Of a stretch of DNA of 64,000 nt, positions 35,339 through 45,495 are shown piece by piece. Each line of letters starts with the position of its first letter. The first letter of the stretch is position 1. The position numbers were made by a program, and so were the translations under genes. The notes under the pieces were generated by a model that did no database searches, had not been told where the DNA came from, and saw only the letters and a program-made list of their open reading frames with translations. This DNA comes from Thermoplasmata archaeon (GTDB lineage: Archaea > Thermoplasmatota > Thermoplasmata > Lutacidiplasmatales > UBA184): the NCBI GenBank assembly GCA_035622275.1, contig DASPVQ010000006.1:2455-66454 (forward strand), given 5' to 3'.

Positions 35339-37117
35339 TCAGGCGGCGGCTTCGTAGTAGTACTCTCCCCGCGCCCGCTGCTCGCGGTCGAGGGCCGAGC
35401 CCTCGCGGTTGATGCGGGGCCGCAGCGTCTCCGCGTCCCGTCGGAACGTCACGCCGACCTCCGCGAGCAGCCGGTTCATCCCCTCGCGCATGGCGAACGG
35501 TCCATCCCCGCGCCCGGCGCGCCCGTCCGGCGCGTCCGGGCGGAAGACCATCAGCTCGTCGCAGGCGAGGTCCAGGAAGTAGACGTCGTGGTCGACGACC
35601 AGAGCGCTGACCGCCTGCCGCTCGACCTGGCGTCGGACGAGCCGGGCCATCGCCATCCGCTCGTCCGCGTCGAGGTACGCCGACGGCTCGTCGAGCAGGT
35701 AGAGCGTCGCGGTGCGCGCGAGCGCGAGCGCGACGGCGGCCCGCTGCAGCTCCCCGCCCGACAGATCCGGGAGCGCCACGTCCAGGATCTCGTCGAGGTG
35801 CAGCCCCGGCACGAGCTCGCGCTCGAACAGCTTCCCGTCGAACGTCGGATCCGCCGCGAGCGCGACCTGGCGCTCGCGCAGGCTCGCCGGTTGCGTCGCC
35901 TTCAGGTACTGGGGTTTGTAGCTCACGGTGACGTTCGCCGGCGGCGCCCCGCGCGTCGGCGGCTCGACGCCCGCGAGCATCCGCACGAACGTCGTCTTGC
36001 CGGTCGCGTTCGGTCCGACGATCCCGACGGTCTGGCCGGTGCCGAGGGTGCCGGCGCCGACGCTGAGGCGGAAGCCCGGGAACTCCTTCTCGAGCTCGGG
36101 GAACGCGACGAGGGCGTTCGCTCGGGCCGCCGGCTTCGGAGGATGCGCGACGAAGCGGACGGGATCGGTGCGGAAGCGCACGTTCTCGTCCTTGAGGTAG
36201 CCGGTGAGGTACGTGTTGATCGCCGACCGCATCGGGATCGGGTGGCTCACGACGCCGAACGCGGCCGGGGTGCCGTAGATCAGGTGCGCCGCGTCGGCGA
36301 GGTAGTCGAGCAGCGCGAGATCGTGCTCGACGACGATGACGCCCTTGGACTCGCCGAGCCGCCGCAGCAGGCGCGCCACGACAAGTCGGTGCACGATGTC
36401 GAGGTAGCTCGACGGCTCGTCGATCAGGTAGAGGTCGGCGTCGGTCGCCAGGGTCCGGCCGATCGCCGCGAGCTGGAGCTCGCCGCCGGAGAGCTCGGCG
36501 AGAGGGCGGTCCGCTCGGGCCCCCAGGCCGACCGCGTCCAGCGCCGCGCGTCCGCCGGCGCCGCCGGCCTCGACGTACTCCCGGACGCTGGACGGCTGCT
36601 CGGCGATCGCATCGACGTACTGCGGCTTGACGACCGCCTTCAGTTCCCCCCGGGCCACGCGCTCGAAGTGCGCGAACAGCGCCGTGCCGCGGTAGTGCGA
36701 GAGCACCTTCGCCCAGTCCGGTGCCTCCGCGTAGTCGCCGAGATTCGGGACCAGTCCTCCCGCGAGCAGCCGCAGGGCCGTGGACTTACCGGTCCCGTTG
36801 GGTCCCAGGAGTCCGGTGATCCCCTGCGACGGCGGGATCGGCAGCCGGTACATGCGGAAGCCGTTGTAGCCGAACCGGTGGACGATCTCGCTCGGGTCGG
36901 CCTCGGGCGTGTTCAGGATCTTGATCGCGTCGAACGGGCACTTGTGCACGCAGATGCCGCAGCCGATGCACAGGGTCTCGGAGATGATCGGCCTGCCGTT
37001 CGGCCCCTCGACGATGCACTCCTGGCCCATGCGCACCGGCGGGCAGTAGGCCTGGCACTCCCACTGGCACTCCTTGGGATGGCAGCGATCGTCGAGCAGG
37101 ATCGCGATCCGGGCCAC
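35339..37117 (-). CDS. rli1: Ribosome recycling ATPase ABCE1/Rli1
   Basis: N-terminal Fe-S Cys motifs; two ABC domains (GPNGTGKST and GPNATGKTT, LSGGELQ twice). Confidence 0.95.
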   Translation of the reverse strand: MARIAILLDDRCHPKECQWECQAYCPPVRMGQECIVEGPNGRPIISETLCIGCGICVHKCPFDAIKILNTPEADPSEIVHRFGYNGFRMYRLPIPPSQGITGLLGPNGTGKSTALRLLAGGLVPNLGDYAEAPDWAKVLSHYRGTALFAHFERVARGELKAVVKPQYVDAIAEQPSSVREYVEAGGAGGRAALDAVGLGARADRPLAELSGGELQLAAIGRTLATDADLYLIDEPSSYLDIVHRLVVARLLRRLGESKGVIVVEHDLALLDYLADAAHLIYGTPAAFGVVSHPIPMRSAINTYLTGYLKDENVRFRTDPVRFVAHPPKPAARANALVAFPELEKEFPGFRLSVGAGTLGTGQTVGIVGPNATGKTTFVRMLAGVEPPTRGAPPANVTVSYKPQYLKATQPASLRERQVALAADPTFDGKLFERELVPGLHLDEILDVALPDLSGGELQRAAVALALARTATLYLLDEPSAYLDADERMAMARLVRRQVERQAVSALVVDHDVYFLDLACDELMVFRPDAPDGRAGRGDGPFAMREGMNRLLAEVGVTFRRDAETLRPRINREGSALDREQRARGEYYYEAAA

Positions 37118-37119
37118 GA

Positions 37120-37824
37120 CTAGGCCTCTCGCGCGTCGGAGGTCACGCGTCCGTCGCGCATGGTGAGGTGGCGCTGCGCCCGCCCGGCGACCTCGGGATT
37201 ATGGGTCACGAGGACGAGCGTCGCCTCCCGGCTCCGCCGCACTCGCTCGAGCAGGTCGAGCACCGCGGTCGCGTTCGCGCTATCGAGCTCGCCGGTCGGC
37301 TCGTCCGCCAATAGCAACCCGGGCCGGTTCGCGAGCGCCCGCGCCACCGCGACGCGCTGCTCCTCGCCGCCCGAGAGCTGGTGGGGGAACGCGTGGGCCC
37401 GTCCGTCGAGCCCCACCTCGCCGAGCAGCTCGCCGGCACGGCGGCGGCGCTCGGCGCGCGGCACGCCCAGCGCCCGGATCGGCAGTTCGACGTTCTCGAG
37501 GGCGGTCAACGTCGGGAGCAGGTAGAAGCGCTGAAAGATGAATCCGACACCTTCGAGCCGCAGGCGGGCGCGTTCCCGGTCCGGGCGCGTCCCGACCGCT
37601 CGACCGTCCCAGCGGATCTCACCGCTTGTGGGGGCATCGAGCAGGCCGAGCAGGTTGAGGAGCGTCGTCTTCCCACAGCCGCTCGGCCCCTCGACCGAGA
37701 CGAACTCACCGGGGGCGAGCTCGAGGTCGATCCCCTGCACGGCACGCACCTCCTCCGGCCGGCCGCGCCGGTAGGTCCGATCGACGGCGGCGAGCTCGAT
37801 CCGCGGCGGCCGGCGGGCGCTCAC
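37120..37824 (-). CDS. ABC transporter ATP-binding protein (LolD/MacB-like)
   Basis: GPSGCGKT, LSGGEEQR, LADEPTG; GTG at 37824 overlaps the upstream stop. Confidence 0.92.
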   Translation of the reverse strand: MSARRPPRIELAAVDRTYRRGRPEEVRAVQGIDLELAPGEFVSVEGPSGCGKTTLLNLLGLLDAPTSGEIRWDGRAVGTRPDRERARLRLEGVGFIFQRFYLLPTLTALENVELPIRALGVPRAERRRRAGELLGEVGLDGRAHAFPHQLSGGEEQRVAVARALANRPGLLLADEPTGELDSANATAVLDLLERVRRSREATLVLVTHNPEVAGRAQRHLTMRDGRVTSDAREA

Positions 37825-39068
37825 CGCAGCGCCTCCGCGATGTCGACGCGCAGCGCGGCCCGAACGGCCACGACGCTCGCGAGCAGCGAGAGGCCGACGA
37901 TCCCGGCCACCACGAGCGCGAGCGTCGTGGGAACGAAGATGGCCAGGCGCGCCGCCTGCTGGACCGCGGCGCTGCCCCACGCGGCGAGCGCCTTCACGAT
38001 CAGGAACCCGCCGAGCACGCCGGCGAGCCCCCCGCTGACGGCGAGCGCGAGCCCGTCGATCGCGATGCCGCCGGCGATGGCGCCCGCCGGTATCCCGAGC
38101 GCCCGGCGGATCCCGATCGAGCGTCGGTCCGACTCGACGCGGCGGACGAGCACGAGCGCGAGGAACAGCAGGCCGATCGTGAGGGCGATCGACGACAGGG
38201 CGAGGTAGAAACCGGTCAGAACGCCGCTGGCCGCCTGGAGCTGCTGAGCCTCCTGGTCGAGCGACGAGACGCCGTAGAACGGCACCATCGCCTGGATCTC
38301 CGCCCGCACGCCCTCCAGCGCGGACGGGTTGGTCGCGACCGCGCCCGAGACGCTGACTTCGATCGTGTCGGCCGCGTCGATCAGGGCGCCGGTCGCGTTG
38401 CGGCCGAGTCCGCTCATCACCTGGAGGTCGGAGAGCGGGAGCAGGACCGCGAAGGCGCCGGTCGGGCCGAGCGCGGTCGGGGGCACGCCGAACGTGCCGG
38501 TGACGTTGTAGGCGACGCCGAGGCTGCGGTTGGCGGCCGGGCTCAGGAGGAGCGTCGAGCCGACCGAGATGTGGTTCGCGTCCGCGAGCGGGCTCGAGAC
38601 CAGCACGTCGTTGCTCGCTGGCCCGTCGTAGGCCCCCCCGGCGAAATGGGCCGCGTCGGTGGGATCGCCGAGCGGCAGCGGGTGCGGGAACAGCCCCGCC
38701 TCGGCCGGACCGAGCGTCGCGAGGAACGCTCCCGGCAGGACGCCCTCGGCCAGGACCGGCGTCGGGCCCGTACCCGCGCCGAACGCGTCGATCGCCACGC
38801 TCAGCACCGGCGACGCGGCGGTTACCGACGATAGTCCGTCGAGCCGGGCCGCGACCGCGTGCGCGTCGCCGATGCCGTGCTCGCCGGCCGCGCTGACGAC
38901 GATCTGGTAGCCGGCGTTCTCGAGCTGGGCGAGCTCGTGCGAGGAGACGCCGCCGCCAACGCTCAAGAGGACCACGGGGAGCGCGACCGCCGTGGCGATC
39001 GCCGCGATCGCGAGCGCCTGCTGCAGCCGAGCGTGGCGCAGGGAGCCGCGGGGCCGGGCATCGGTCAT
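37821..39068 (-). CDS. ABC transporter permease (FtsX/MacB-like)
   Basis: TM, large extracellular domain, three TMs; SIGIRRALG motif. Confidence 0.85.
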   Translation of the reverse strand: MTDARPRGSLRHARLQQALAIAAIATAVALPVVLLSVGGGVSSHELAQLENAGYQIVVSAAGEHGIGDAHAVAARLDGLSSVTAASPVLSVAIDAFGAGTGPTPVLAEGVLPGAFLATLGPAEAGLFPHPLPLGDPTDAAHFAGGAYDGPASNDVLVSSPLADANHISVGSTLLLSPAANRSLGVAYNVTGTFGVPPTALGPTGAFAVLLPLSDLQVMSGLGRNATGALIDAADTIEVSVSGAVATNPSALEGVRAEIQAMVPFYGVSSLDQEAQQLQAASGVLTGFYLALSSIALTIGLLFLALVLVRRVESDRRSIGIRRALGIPAGAIAGGIAIDGLALAVSGGLAGVLGGFLIVKALAAWGSAAVQQAARLAIFVPTTLALVVAGIVGLSLLASVVAVRAALRVDIAEALR

Positions 39069-40363
39069 GGGGCGCGCAGCTCCTCGGCGACCGGCAGCCC
39101 CATCGCCCGAGCGGCCGGCAGGAACGCCGCGACGAGGCCGATCGCGAGCACGAGCCCGATCCCCGTCAGGATGACAGTCGGATCGAACGCCACGAACGAG
39201 AAGCCCACGGGAAGGCCGGGGATCAGGCCCAGGAGGAACCGGTTGAGCTCCGCGGCCCCGAGCACCGCGAGCGGCAGGCCGACCGCGAAGCCGAGGACCG
39301 CGAGCAACAGGCTCTCCTCGGCGACGAGCGCCCCGACGCGGGCCCGGCGGTACCCGACGGCCCGCAGGAGCGCGAACTCACGGCTGCGGTCATCCACGGA
39401 CATCTGGAGCACCGTGGTCGCGAACAGGGCCGCGACGACGATCCCGATGACCCCGATCAGGACGCCGAAGGTGCGGTAGAGGTTGACCACGGACTGGACC
39501 GCCCCGAGCACGTCCGACAGCGTGAACACGGTGAGCGAGGGGAAGGCGACCTCCAGCCGCGTCTGGTCGCTCGCGGCGGTGGTGGGGTCGTTGAGATGGA
39601 TCAGCACGAGCGAGGCGTAGTCGGTCCCCGGCGTGCCGCCGCCGACGATCGCCTGGAGCTCCGAGAGGTAGAGGAACGCGAGCAGGGCCGAGGGGATCAG
39701 CCAGAACGGACCCGAGATCCCGACGACCCGGAACGGCGTCGCGCCGGCGTACCAGCCCGGAAGCGCGGAACCGTTCGGCGGGCTGGTGGTGCCCGCCCAG
39801 ACCAGGCCCCCGACGCCCACGCCGAGCACCGACGCGAGGCCCTGGTCGAGGACGATCTCGTGGGTGAACGGTCCGAGGTACGTGCCGTTCGCGTAGTGCG
39901 GATCGCCCGGATAGCGCAGGCCCGTGCCGTTGTAGAGCGTCGGCGTCTCGATGCCGGTGTTCTCCGAGGGGATCCACCCGACCGACCCGGCGCCCGTGGG
40001 GCTCCAGCCCGACGGCACGTCGCTGCGGTTGGCGGCGGCGAACAGTGACGCGTTCCCGAAGACGAGCTCGCTCACGAGCCAGGGGCTCGCGACCGCGACG
40101 TTCGGGTCGGCCGCCGGGATCTCTAGCGAGAGGTTGTGGGCGTGGAGGACCGGCGGCACGCTGCCGGTGGTGATCGTCGTGTTCGCGCTCGCCGCGATCA
40201 GGTCGACCCCGCTCGCGGTCGCGAGCTCGGTCGCGCTCGTCTGCACGCCGGCGGAGATCGCGAGCAGGAGGACGACCAGACCGACCGCGAGGCCGATGCC
40301 GAGCGAGGTCAGTGCGGCGCGCCCCGGTCGGCGCCGAAGGGCGCCGAGGGCGTAGCGCACCAC
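39065..40363 (-). CDS. ABC transporter permease (FtsX/MacB-like)
   Basis: Same topology; REFALLRAVG motif. Confidence 0.85.
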   Translation of the reverse strand: MVRYALGALRRRPGRAALTSLGIGLAVGLVVLLLAISAGVQTSATELATASGVDLIAASANTTITTGSVPPVLHAHNLSLEIPAADPNVAVASPWLVSELVFGNASLFAAANRSDVPSGWSPTGAGSVGWIPSENTGIETPTLYNGTGLRYPGDPHYANGTYLGPFTHEIVLDQGLASVLGVGVGGLVWAGTTSPPNGSALPGWYAGATPFRVVGISGPFWLIPSALLAFLYLSELQAIVGGGTPGTDYASLVLIHLNDPTTAASDQTRLEVAFPSLTVFTLSDVLGAVQSVVNLYRTFGVLIGVIGIVVAALFATTVLQMSVDDRSREFALLRAVGYRRARVGALVAEESLLLAVLGFAVGLPLAVLGAAELNRFLLGLIPGLPVGFSFVAFDPTVILTGIGLVLAIGLVAAFLPAARAMGLPVAEELRAP

Positions 40364-40384
40364 CGCCGGCCTCCCGCCCGCGGG

Positions 40385-41293
40385 CTATGCCGCCGCGGCC
40401 CGGCGCAGCTCGCCGAGCGAGACGGTGTGGGCGGCGTCGACGTTGTACTTGTGGATCGACTCCTCGCTGACCGTCGACGCTCGGACGACGACTCGGTCGG
40501 AGAGCGTCGGGAAGCGGGCCGGCAGGCTCGCCAGCAGGTCGCGCAGCACGTCCTCCACGAACTTGGGATGCCGGTGGGCGTCGAGGACCACCTGCGCTTC
40601 GTCCCCGCGTTTCAGGATCGCGTAGGTCGGGCTCGACTGGGCGGCCTCGATCGCGTCGATCAGGTCGTCCACTTCGACCTCCTCCCCCTCGCTGAGCTCG
40701 AAGACGAGGCGCGTGCGGTTGCGCTGGTTGTGCGAGATCATCGGAAGGTCGCGGAACTGGGGGTCGGCGAGCAGCGGATACTGCGCGGTGAGCCGCTCCC
40801 GGCAGGTCTCCATCGCGCACGGACAGGCCGTCATGCCGACCGCCTCGGCCCCCACCGCCCGGCGCACGAGCACCGCCTGGGTCCCGTTGCGCTCCGCGCT
40901 CGCCTCCGCGATCAGGCGGAAGTCCTCGAAGCTGCGCTTCGTCTCGGCAATCCCGCGCCGCACGAAGTACTCCGCCGAGGCTTCCACCTCGGCGCGGGTC
41001 GCGTACGGATGGCGGACGAGGAGCTCGCAGGCGATCGCGGAGCACGCCGATTCCAGGCTCGCCACGGGCTTGAGCGCCGTCTGGTCGATGACCTCGGCGA
41101 GCACCTCGGCGTTGCGCGAGAGGTCGGAGCCCTTGCGCTCCGACGGGAGGTCGACCGCCACGCGGAAGGTGGCGGCGAGTGTATGGACCCGCTCGGAGCG
41201 CTGCACGGCAAGCGGCTTGCGGACCCCCGTCACCCCGACCGAGCGGAGCGTCAGCCGCCCGCGGGCCGGCGCCATCGCGTGGACGTCCGTCAT
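40385..41293 (-). CDS. GTP cyclohydrolase FolE2/MptA family
   Basis: VGVTGVRKP, MTACPCA, HNQR, PKFVED and ESIH motifs. Confidence 0.9.
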   Translation of the reverse strand: MTDVHAMAPARGRLTLRSVGVTGVRKPLAVQRSERVHTLAATFRVAVDLPSERKGSDLSRNAEVLAEVIDQTALKPVASLESACSAIACELLVRHPYATRAEVEASAEYFVRRGIAETKRSFEDFRLIAEASAERNGTQAVLVRRAVGAEAVGMTACPCAMETCRERLTAQYPLLADPQFRDLPMISHNQRNRTRLVFELSEGEEVEVDDLIDAIEAAQSSPTYAILKRGDEAQVVLDAHRHPKFVEDVLRDLLASLPARFPTLSDRVVVRASTVSEESIHKYNVDAAHTVSLGELRRAAAA

Positions 41294-41396
41294 CGGCCGA
41301 GCTACCCGGGGGCCTCCTTAAACAGTTGCGAGCGCGAGCGGTGGCCGGGCGACCGCGTCCGTCCACCTTATAGGCAGTCCACCGGTCGTTCTCCCG

Positions 41397-41747
41397 ATGA
41401 CCGAGCCGGCGCCGACCCCCGCCGCCGCCCCTCCCGCGGGCCCGTACGCGGAGCGCGAGCGGCTGATCACGGAGAACCTCAAGCAGATCTACGACCCCGA
41501 GATCCCGATGAACATCGTCGACCTCGGTCTCGTCTACGGCTTCGAGTGGAGCGGCGACGACGTGACGCTCAAGATGACGCTCACCGCGCCGGGCTGTCCC
41601 GTGGCGGGGATCCTCGCCGAGGAGATCAAGACGGCGATCGAGAAGGTCCCGAACGTTCACTCGGCGAAGGTCGACATGATCTGGGACCCGCCGTGGAGCC
41701 CGGAGCGGATGAGCGAGTTCGCGAAGCGCCAGTTCGGCTACGCCTAG
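41397..41747 (+). CDS. DUF59/SufT (PaaD-like) Fe-S maturation protein
   Basis: DPEIPMNIVDLGLVY, MTLTAPGCP, WDPPWS. Confidence 0.92.
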   Translation: MTEPAPTPAAAPPAGPYAERERLITENLKQIYDPEIPMNIVDLGLVYGFEWSGDDVTLKMTLTAPGCPVAGILAEEIKTAIEKVPNVHSAKVDMIWDPPWSPERMSEFAKRQFGYA

Positions 41748-41762
41748 AGGCGGTCGGCCGGG

Positions 41763-42335
41763 ATGCCCGCCGCGACGCCCGCGGCCCGGGTCGTGGTGCG
41801 CGAGCTCCGCTGGGCGGACTTCGACCCGATCCGCGAGATGTACTGGACGCTCTACGAGGAGCGGCCCGCGAACCCCGATCTCGGCATCACGCTCTTCCCG
41901 GAGCGCCCGGCCTACGCGGACGAGGTGGACTGGTTCTCGCGCCTGTACCGCGCGGTGCTGCGCGGCGACACGGTCGCGCGGGTCGCCGAGATCGACGGGA
42001 CCGTGGTCGGCCACTGCGACGTGGTGCCGGTCGGCCCGGGGACGCGGAGCTCCGAGGTCGGTCACGTCGGATCGCTCGGTATCGTCGTCCACCGCGACCA
42101 TCGGGGCCGGGGCGCCGGCGAGGCGCTGATGCGCGCGACGATCGCGGCCTGTCGGGGCCATTTCGATCTCGTCCGGCTCAGCGTGCTCGCGACGAATCCG
42201 CGGGCGCGGCGATTGTACGAGCGCCACGGATTCGTCCCCTACGGTCGCCTGCCCGGGGGCCTCAAGCGGAACGGCCGGTACACGGACGAGGACCTGATGG
42301 TCCTCGATCTGCGGGATCGGACCGAGAACCGTTAA
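41763..42335 (+). CDS. GNAT family N-acetyltransferase
   Basis: HRGRGAG acetyl-CoA motif; NPRARRLYERHGF. Confidence 0.88.
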   Translation: MPAATPAARVVVRELRWADFDPIREMYWTLYEERPANPDLGITLFPERPAYADEVDWFSRLYRAVLRGDTVARVAEIDGTVVGHCDVVPVGPGTRSSEVGHVGSLGIVVHRDHRGRGAGEALMRATIAACRGHFDLVRLSVLATNPRARRLYERHGFVPYGRLPGGLKRNGRYTDEDLMVLDLRDRTENR

Positions 42336-42359
42336 GGCGCCCCGGCCCTCGGCGGGCCG

Positions 42360-43028
42360 ATGGCCTCCGACCGGACCTGGCGCGACGAGCTCGAGGAGGA
42401 GCGCCGGATGAAGGACGAGTTCATGGCCCGCCACCCCGAGTCGCCCTTCGTCGCCGGTCGCGTGCCCTTCCACGAGCTCCGCTACTTCTCGCCCGATCCG
42501 GCCTTCCGAGTCCGGGCCACGCTGCGCCGCCGCTCGGTCCCGGAGGAGGCGTACCTGCGGACGAACCGGGACGGGCAGGCCGTGATGCGCTACCTCGGCG
42601 ACCTATCGTTCTCGGTCGAGGGCCGGACCGTCGGTCTCGCGGTGTATCACGCCGGGGAGGGGGTCGGCACCTCGGTCTTCGTCCCGTTCCGGGACCGGAC
42701 GAGCGGGCGGGAATCCTACGGGCCCGGCCGCTACCTCACCTTCGAGCTGAACGAGCGGGACGTCTACGATCTCGACTTCAACCGCGCGTTCAACCCGTAC
42801 TGCGCGTACACCGACGAGTACGAGTGCGGCTTTCCGCCGGCGCAGAACGACCTGCCCGTCGCGATCCGGGCCGGCGAGAAGGTCTGGGCCGCAGACCGCA
42901 ACCCGGCGACCCCGTCGTCCGTCGTGCTGGAGCGCCAGCGTCGGGCCGCGGGCGGGGCCCCCGTTCGGCGGCGCGCCCGGCGTCCGCGTCCCGCTACAGG
43001 TGCGGGAACGCCGCGAAGATCCCGTTGA
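42360..43028 (+). CDS. DUF1684 family protein
   Basis: FRDRTSGRESYGPGRYL, LDFNRAFNPYCAY. Confidence 0.85.
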   Translation: MASDRTWRDELEEERRMKDEFMARHPESPFVAGRVPFHELRYFSPDPAFRVRATLRRRSVPEEAYLRTNRDGQAVMRYLGDLSFSVEGRTVGLAVYHAGEGVGTSVFVPFRDRTSGRESYGPGRYLTFELNERDVYDLDFNRAFNPYCAYTDEYECGFPPAQNDLPVAIRAGEKVWAADRNPATPSSVVLERQRRAAGGAPVRRRARRPRPATGAGTPRRSR

Positions 43029-43629
43029 TCACGAACTGCACGCCGACGGCGGCGAGCACGAGCCCGAGGACGCGGGTGAGCGCCATGATGCCGACGCGGC
43101 CGAACGAGCCCAGGATGCGGGGGCCATAGCGCAGGATGAAGAACGTCGCCACGGTCGTGATCGCGATCGCCACGAAGGTGGCGACGATCGCGACCGGGTT
43201 GTTCGACGCGTTCCCTTCGAAGATCATCACGGTGGAGATCGCTCCCGGGCCGGCGAGCAGCGGGATGCCGAGCGGGACCACGGACAGCTCGTCGCGGCGG
43301 GCGATCGCCTCCGCCCGGTCCTCCGCCGTCAGGCGGACGCGGGCCACCTCGCCGCGCAGCATGTCGTACGCCACGAAGAACAGCAGCAGGCCGCCGGCGA
43401 TCTCGAACGCCGCCAGCGTGAAGCCGAAGATCGCGAAGAGGAAGCGGCCGAAGAGCGCGAACACGCTCAGCACGACCCCCAGGACGAGGACCGAGCGGTG
43501 GAGGATGACATCGCGGTCTTCCGCGCTGAAGCCGCTCGTCAGCGCGACGTAGAACGGCAGCGTGCCGATCGGGTCGACGATCGCGAACAGCGTGCCGATG
43601 ATAGCGAGGTAGAGGTAGAGATCGCTCAC
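42994..43629 (-). CDS. MarC family membrane protein
   Basis: VDPIG and PLGIPLLAGPGAI motifs; 6 TM helices. Confidence 0.9.
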   Translation of the reverse strand: MSDLYLYLAIIGTLFAIVDPIGTLPFYVALTSGFSAEDRDVILHRSVLVLGVVLSVFALFGRFLFAIFGFTLAAFEIAGGLLLFFVAYDMLRGEVARVRLTAEDRAEAIARRDELSVVPLGIPLLAGPGAISTVMIFEGNASNNPVAIVATFVAIAITTVATFFILRYGPRILGSFGRVGIMALTRVLGLVLAAVGVQFVINGIFAAFPHL

Positions 43630-43693
43630 GGCGTTCGGGCCCGGGCAGGGCGGGACGCCGCCGGCGCTTCAAGGCTTCGGCCCGCCGCGACCG

Positions 43694-44512
43694 CTATCGG
43701 ACGGCCGCGAGGACGCGATCCTGCCACCGGGACCAAATGACCTCGACCTCGCGGAAGCCGGCCGCCCGGAGCCGACGGACGTGTCCGGCGAGATCGGGGG
43801 TCGGCGTCGCGGAATGGGCGTGCGGGAACCGCTGGCGGCGCAGCGCGATCTCGCGCGCGAATCGTGGGTCACGCTCGACCGCGAGCCACCAGGCTTCCCA
43901 GGATTCCCCCGCCCGACGCGGGCTCCCGCGACGCTCACCTCGCGCGGACTCGTGGGCCGTCCGACGCAGCGTCGTGTGCTCGGGAGCGAAGGCGATCCCG
44001 TCGGCGTCGAGGAAGAGGCCCGAGGGTCGGAGCCGGCGGTGCAGCTCGGCGTAGAGGTGGGTCAACTGCGGCCCGGTGAGCCAGTGGAGCGCGGTCGAGC
44101 TGACGGCCGCATCGTACCGTCGAGCGGGAAGGCCCTTCGCCCAGTCGCGGCGGCGCAGGTCGGCCTCCACCCATCGGAGGCGGCCTCCTCGGTCGCCGAG
44201 CCCGATCCGGCCGATCCGCAGGATCACCGGGTCGAAGTCCACCGCGATGCCGCGGGCCCGGGGGAACCGGGCGAGGATCCGCTCCGACAGCGAGCCGGTC
44301 CCCGCGCCGAGGTCCAGGAATCGGAACCTCGGTCCGGCCCCGGCGCGGAGCGCCTCGAGCATCACGGCGAAGCGCTCCTCGCGGCGCGGCAGCAACCGGG
44401 ACTGCTGCCGGTCCCACCGGCGTCGCCAGCTCCGCGCTCCGGCGGCCGTCAAGAGTGCGGAGGCGACCGCCGCGTTCGTCGCGGGCCCATCGCGTGCGCC
44501 GGTCGGAGCCAT
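43694..44512 (-). CDS. Class I SAM-dependent methyltransferase
   Basis: LDLGAGTG, EADL, STALHWL. Confidence 0.88.
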   Translation of the reverse strand: MAPTGARDGPATNAAVASALLTAAGARSWRRRWDRQQSRLLPRREERFAVMLEALRAGAGPRFRFLDLGAGTGSLSERILARFPRARGIAVDFDPVILRIGRIGLGDRGGRLRWVEADLRRRDWAKGLPARRYDAAVSSTALHWLTGPQLTHLYAELHRRLRPSGLFLDADGIAFAPEHTTLRRTAHESARGERRGSPRRAGESWEAWWLAVERDPRFAREIALRRQRFPHAHSATPTPDLAGHVRRLRAAGFREVEVIWSRWQDRVLAAVR

Positions 44513-44523
44513 CCCGCGCCCCC

Positions 44524-44970
44524 CTACTCCGCGCGGCCCCGAGGCCCGGCTCGCGCGTGGCGGCGCGGGGCCGGTCGATGCCGCCCCGGCATCGCTGTGC
44601 GGGACGGGCGCGCGGGGCGCGCCGCCGACACGCTCCGGGACAGCGCCGCGGGCCGGGCGGAGGTCGCCCGGACCTCGCGGCCCCGAAGATGCAGGACGAG
44701 CGGCTCGCGCTGGGGGTTCGCGAGGAGGAGCTCGTAGCGACCCGGCGTCTCGGGGTCGAAGAAGATCCGCGCGCGGCCCGAGAGGCGCACCCGCTGGGCG
44801 AACGGGCCCCCGGGCGGTCCCAGCAGCAGCACGAAGGAGCGGCCCGGCATCGGCTGTTCGAGCTCCACGTCGATCTCGCAGGCCGGCGCGTCGAGACCGA
44901 GGTCGATGCGCACGGTCGAGGCCGGCTCGAGCACCAGGTAGCGCGGCAGGTCCCGGAGCGCGGTGGCCAC
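44524..44970 (-). CDS. Hypothetical protein (beta-rich domain plus basic tail)
   Basis: GTG at 44970 after a T-rich box; protein-like composition. Confidence 0.5.
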   Translation of the reverse strand: MATALRDLPRYLVLEPASTVRIDLGLDAPACEIDVELEQPMPGRSFVLLLGPPGGPFAQRVRLSGRARIFFDPETPGRYELLLANPQREPLVLHLRGREVRATSARPAALSRSVSAARPARPSRTAMPGRHRPAPRRHARAGPRGRAE

Positions 44971-45057
44971 GTCGCGCGAACCCCGCCCGTCCACAAAAGC
45001 TGTCGCGCCGAGCGGCGCCCGCGGCGCCGTTAAATCGGCCCGGCCGTTCGGTCGGCG

Positions 45058-45495
45058 ATGGCAGCGAAGCGAACCGCCGAGGCAGTCTGGGAGCACGACC
45101 TTCTGCACGGAAGCGGCCGGGTCAAGGGCACGAGCGGAGCGCTGCCCGAGATGCCGATCAGCTGGTCGGCGCGGACCGAGGCGCCCGGCGGCAAGACGAG
45201 TCCGGAGGAGCTGCTCGCGGCCGCGCACGCCGCGTGCTACTCGATGGCCCTGTCGGCGGGTCTCAGTCGTATGCAGAAGCCGCCCGAGCGCATCCTCGCG
45301 AGCGCCACCGCGACCTTCGACAAGGTGGGGGACGCCTGGAAGGTGACCACGATGGAGCTCCTCGTCGTCGGGAAGGTCCCCGGCATCTCCGCGGCGGAGT
45401 TCGAGGCCGCTGCGAAGGCCGCGGCCGACGGCTGCCCGATCTCGGGCGCCCTCAAGGGCAACGTGGCGATCTCGGTCACCGCGAAGCTCGGTTGA
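45058..45495 (+). CDS. OsmC/Ohr family peroxiredoxin
   Basis: PEELLAAAHAACY and GCPIS motifs. Confidence 0.92.
   Translation: MAAKRTAEAVWEHDLLHGSGRVKGTSGALPEMPISWSARTEAPGGKTSPEELLAAAHAACYSMALSAGLSRMQKPPERILASATATFDKVGDAWKVTTMELLVVGKVPGISAAEFEAAAKAAADGCPISGALKGNVAISVTAKLG

Noticed and set aside
39390-43129. ~1000-aa ORFs (39390-42473 + and 40136-43129 +)
   Set aside because: Shadow frames of several recognisable genes; no domain motifs of their own.
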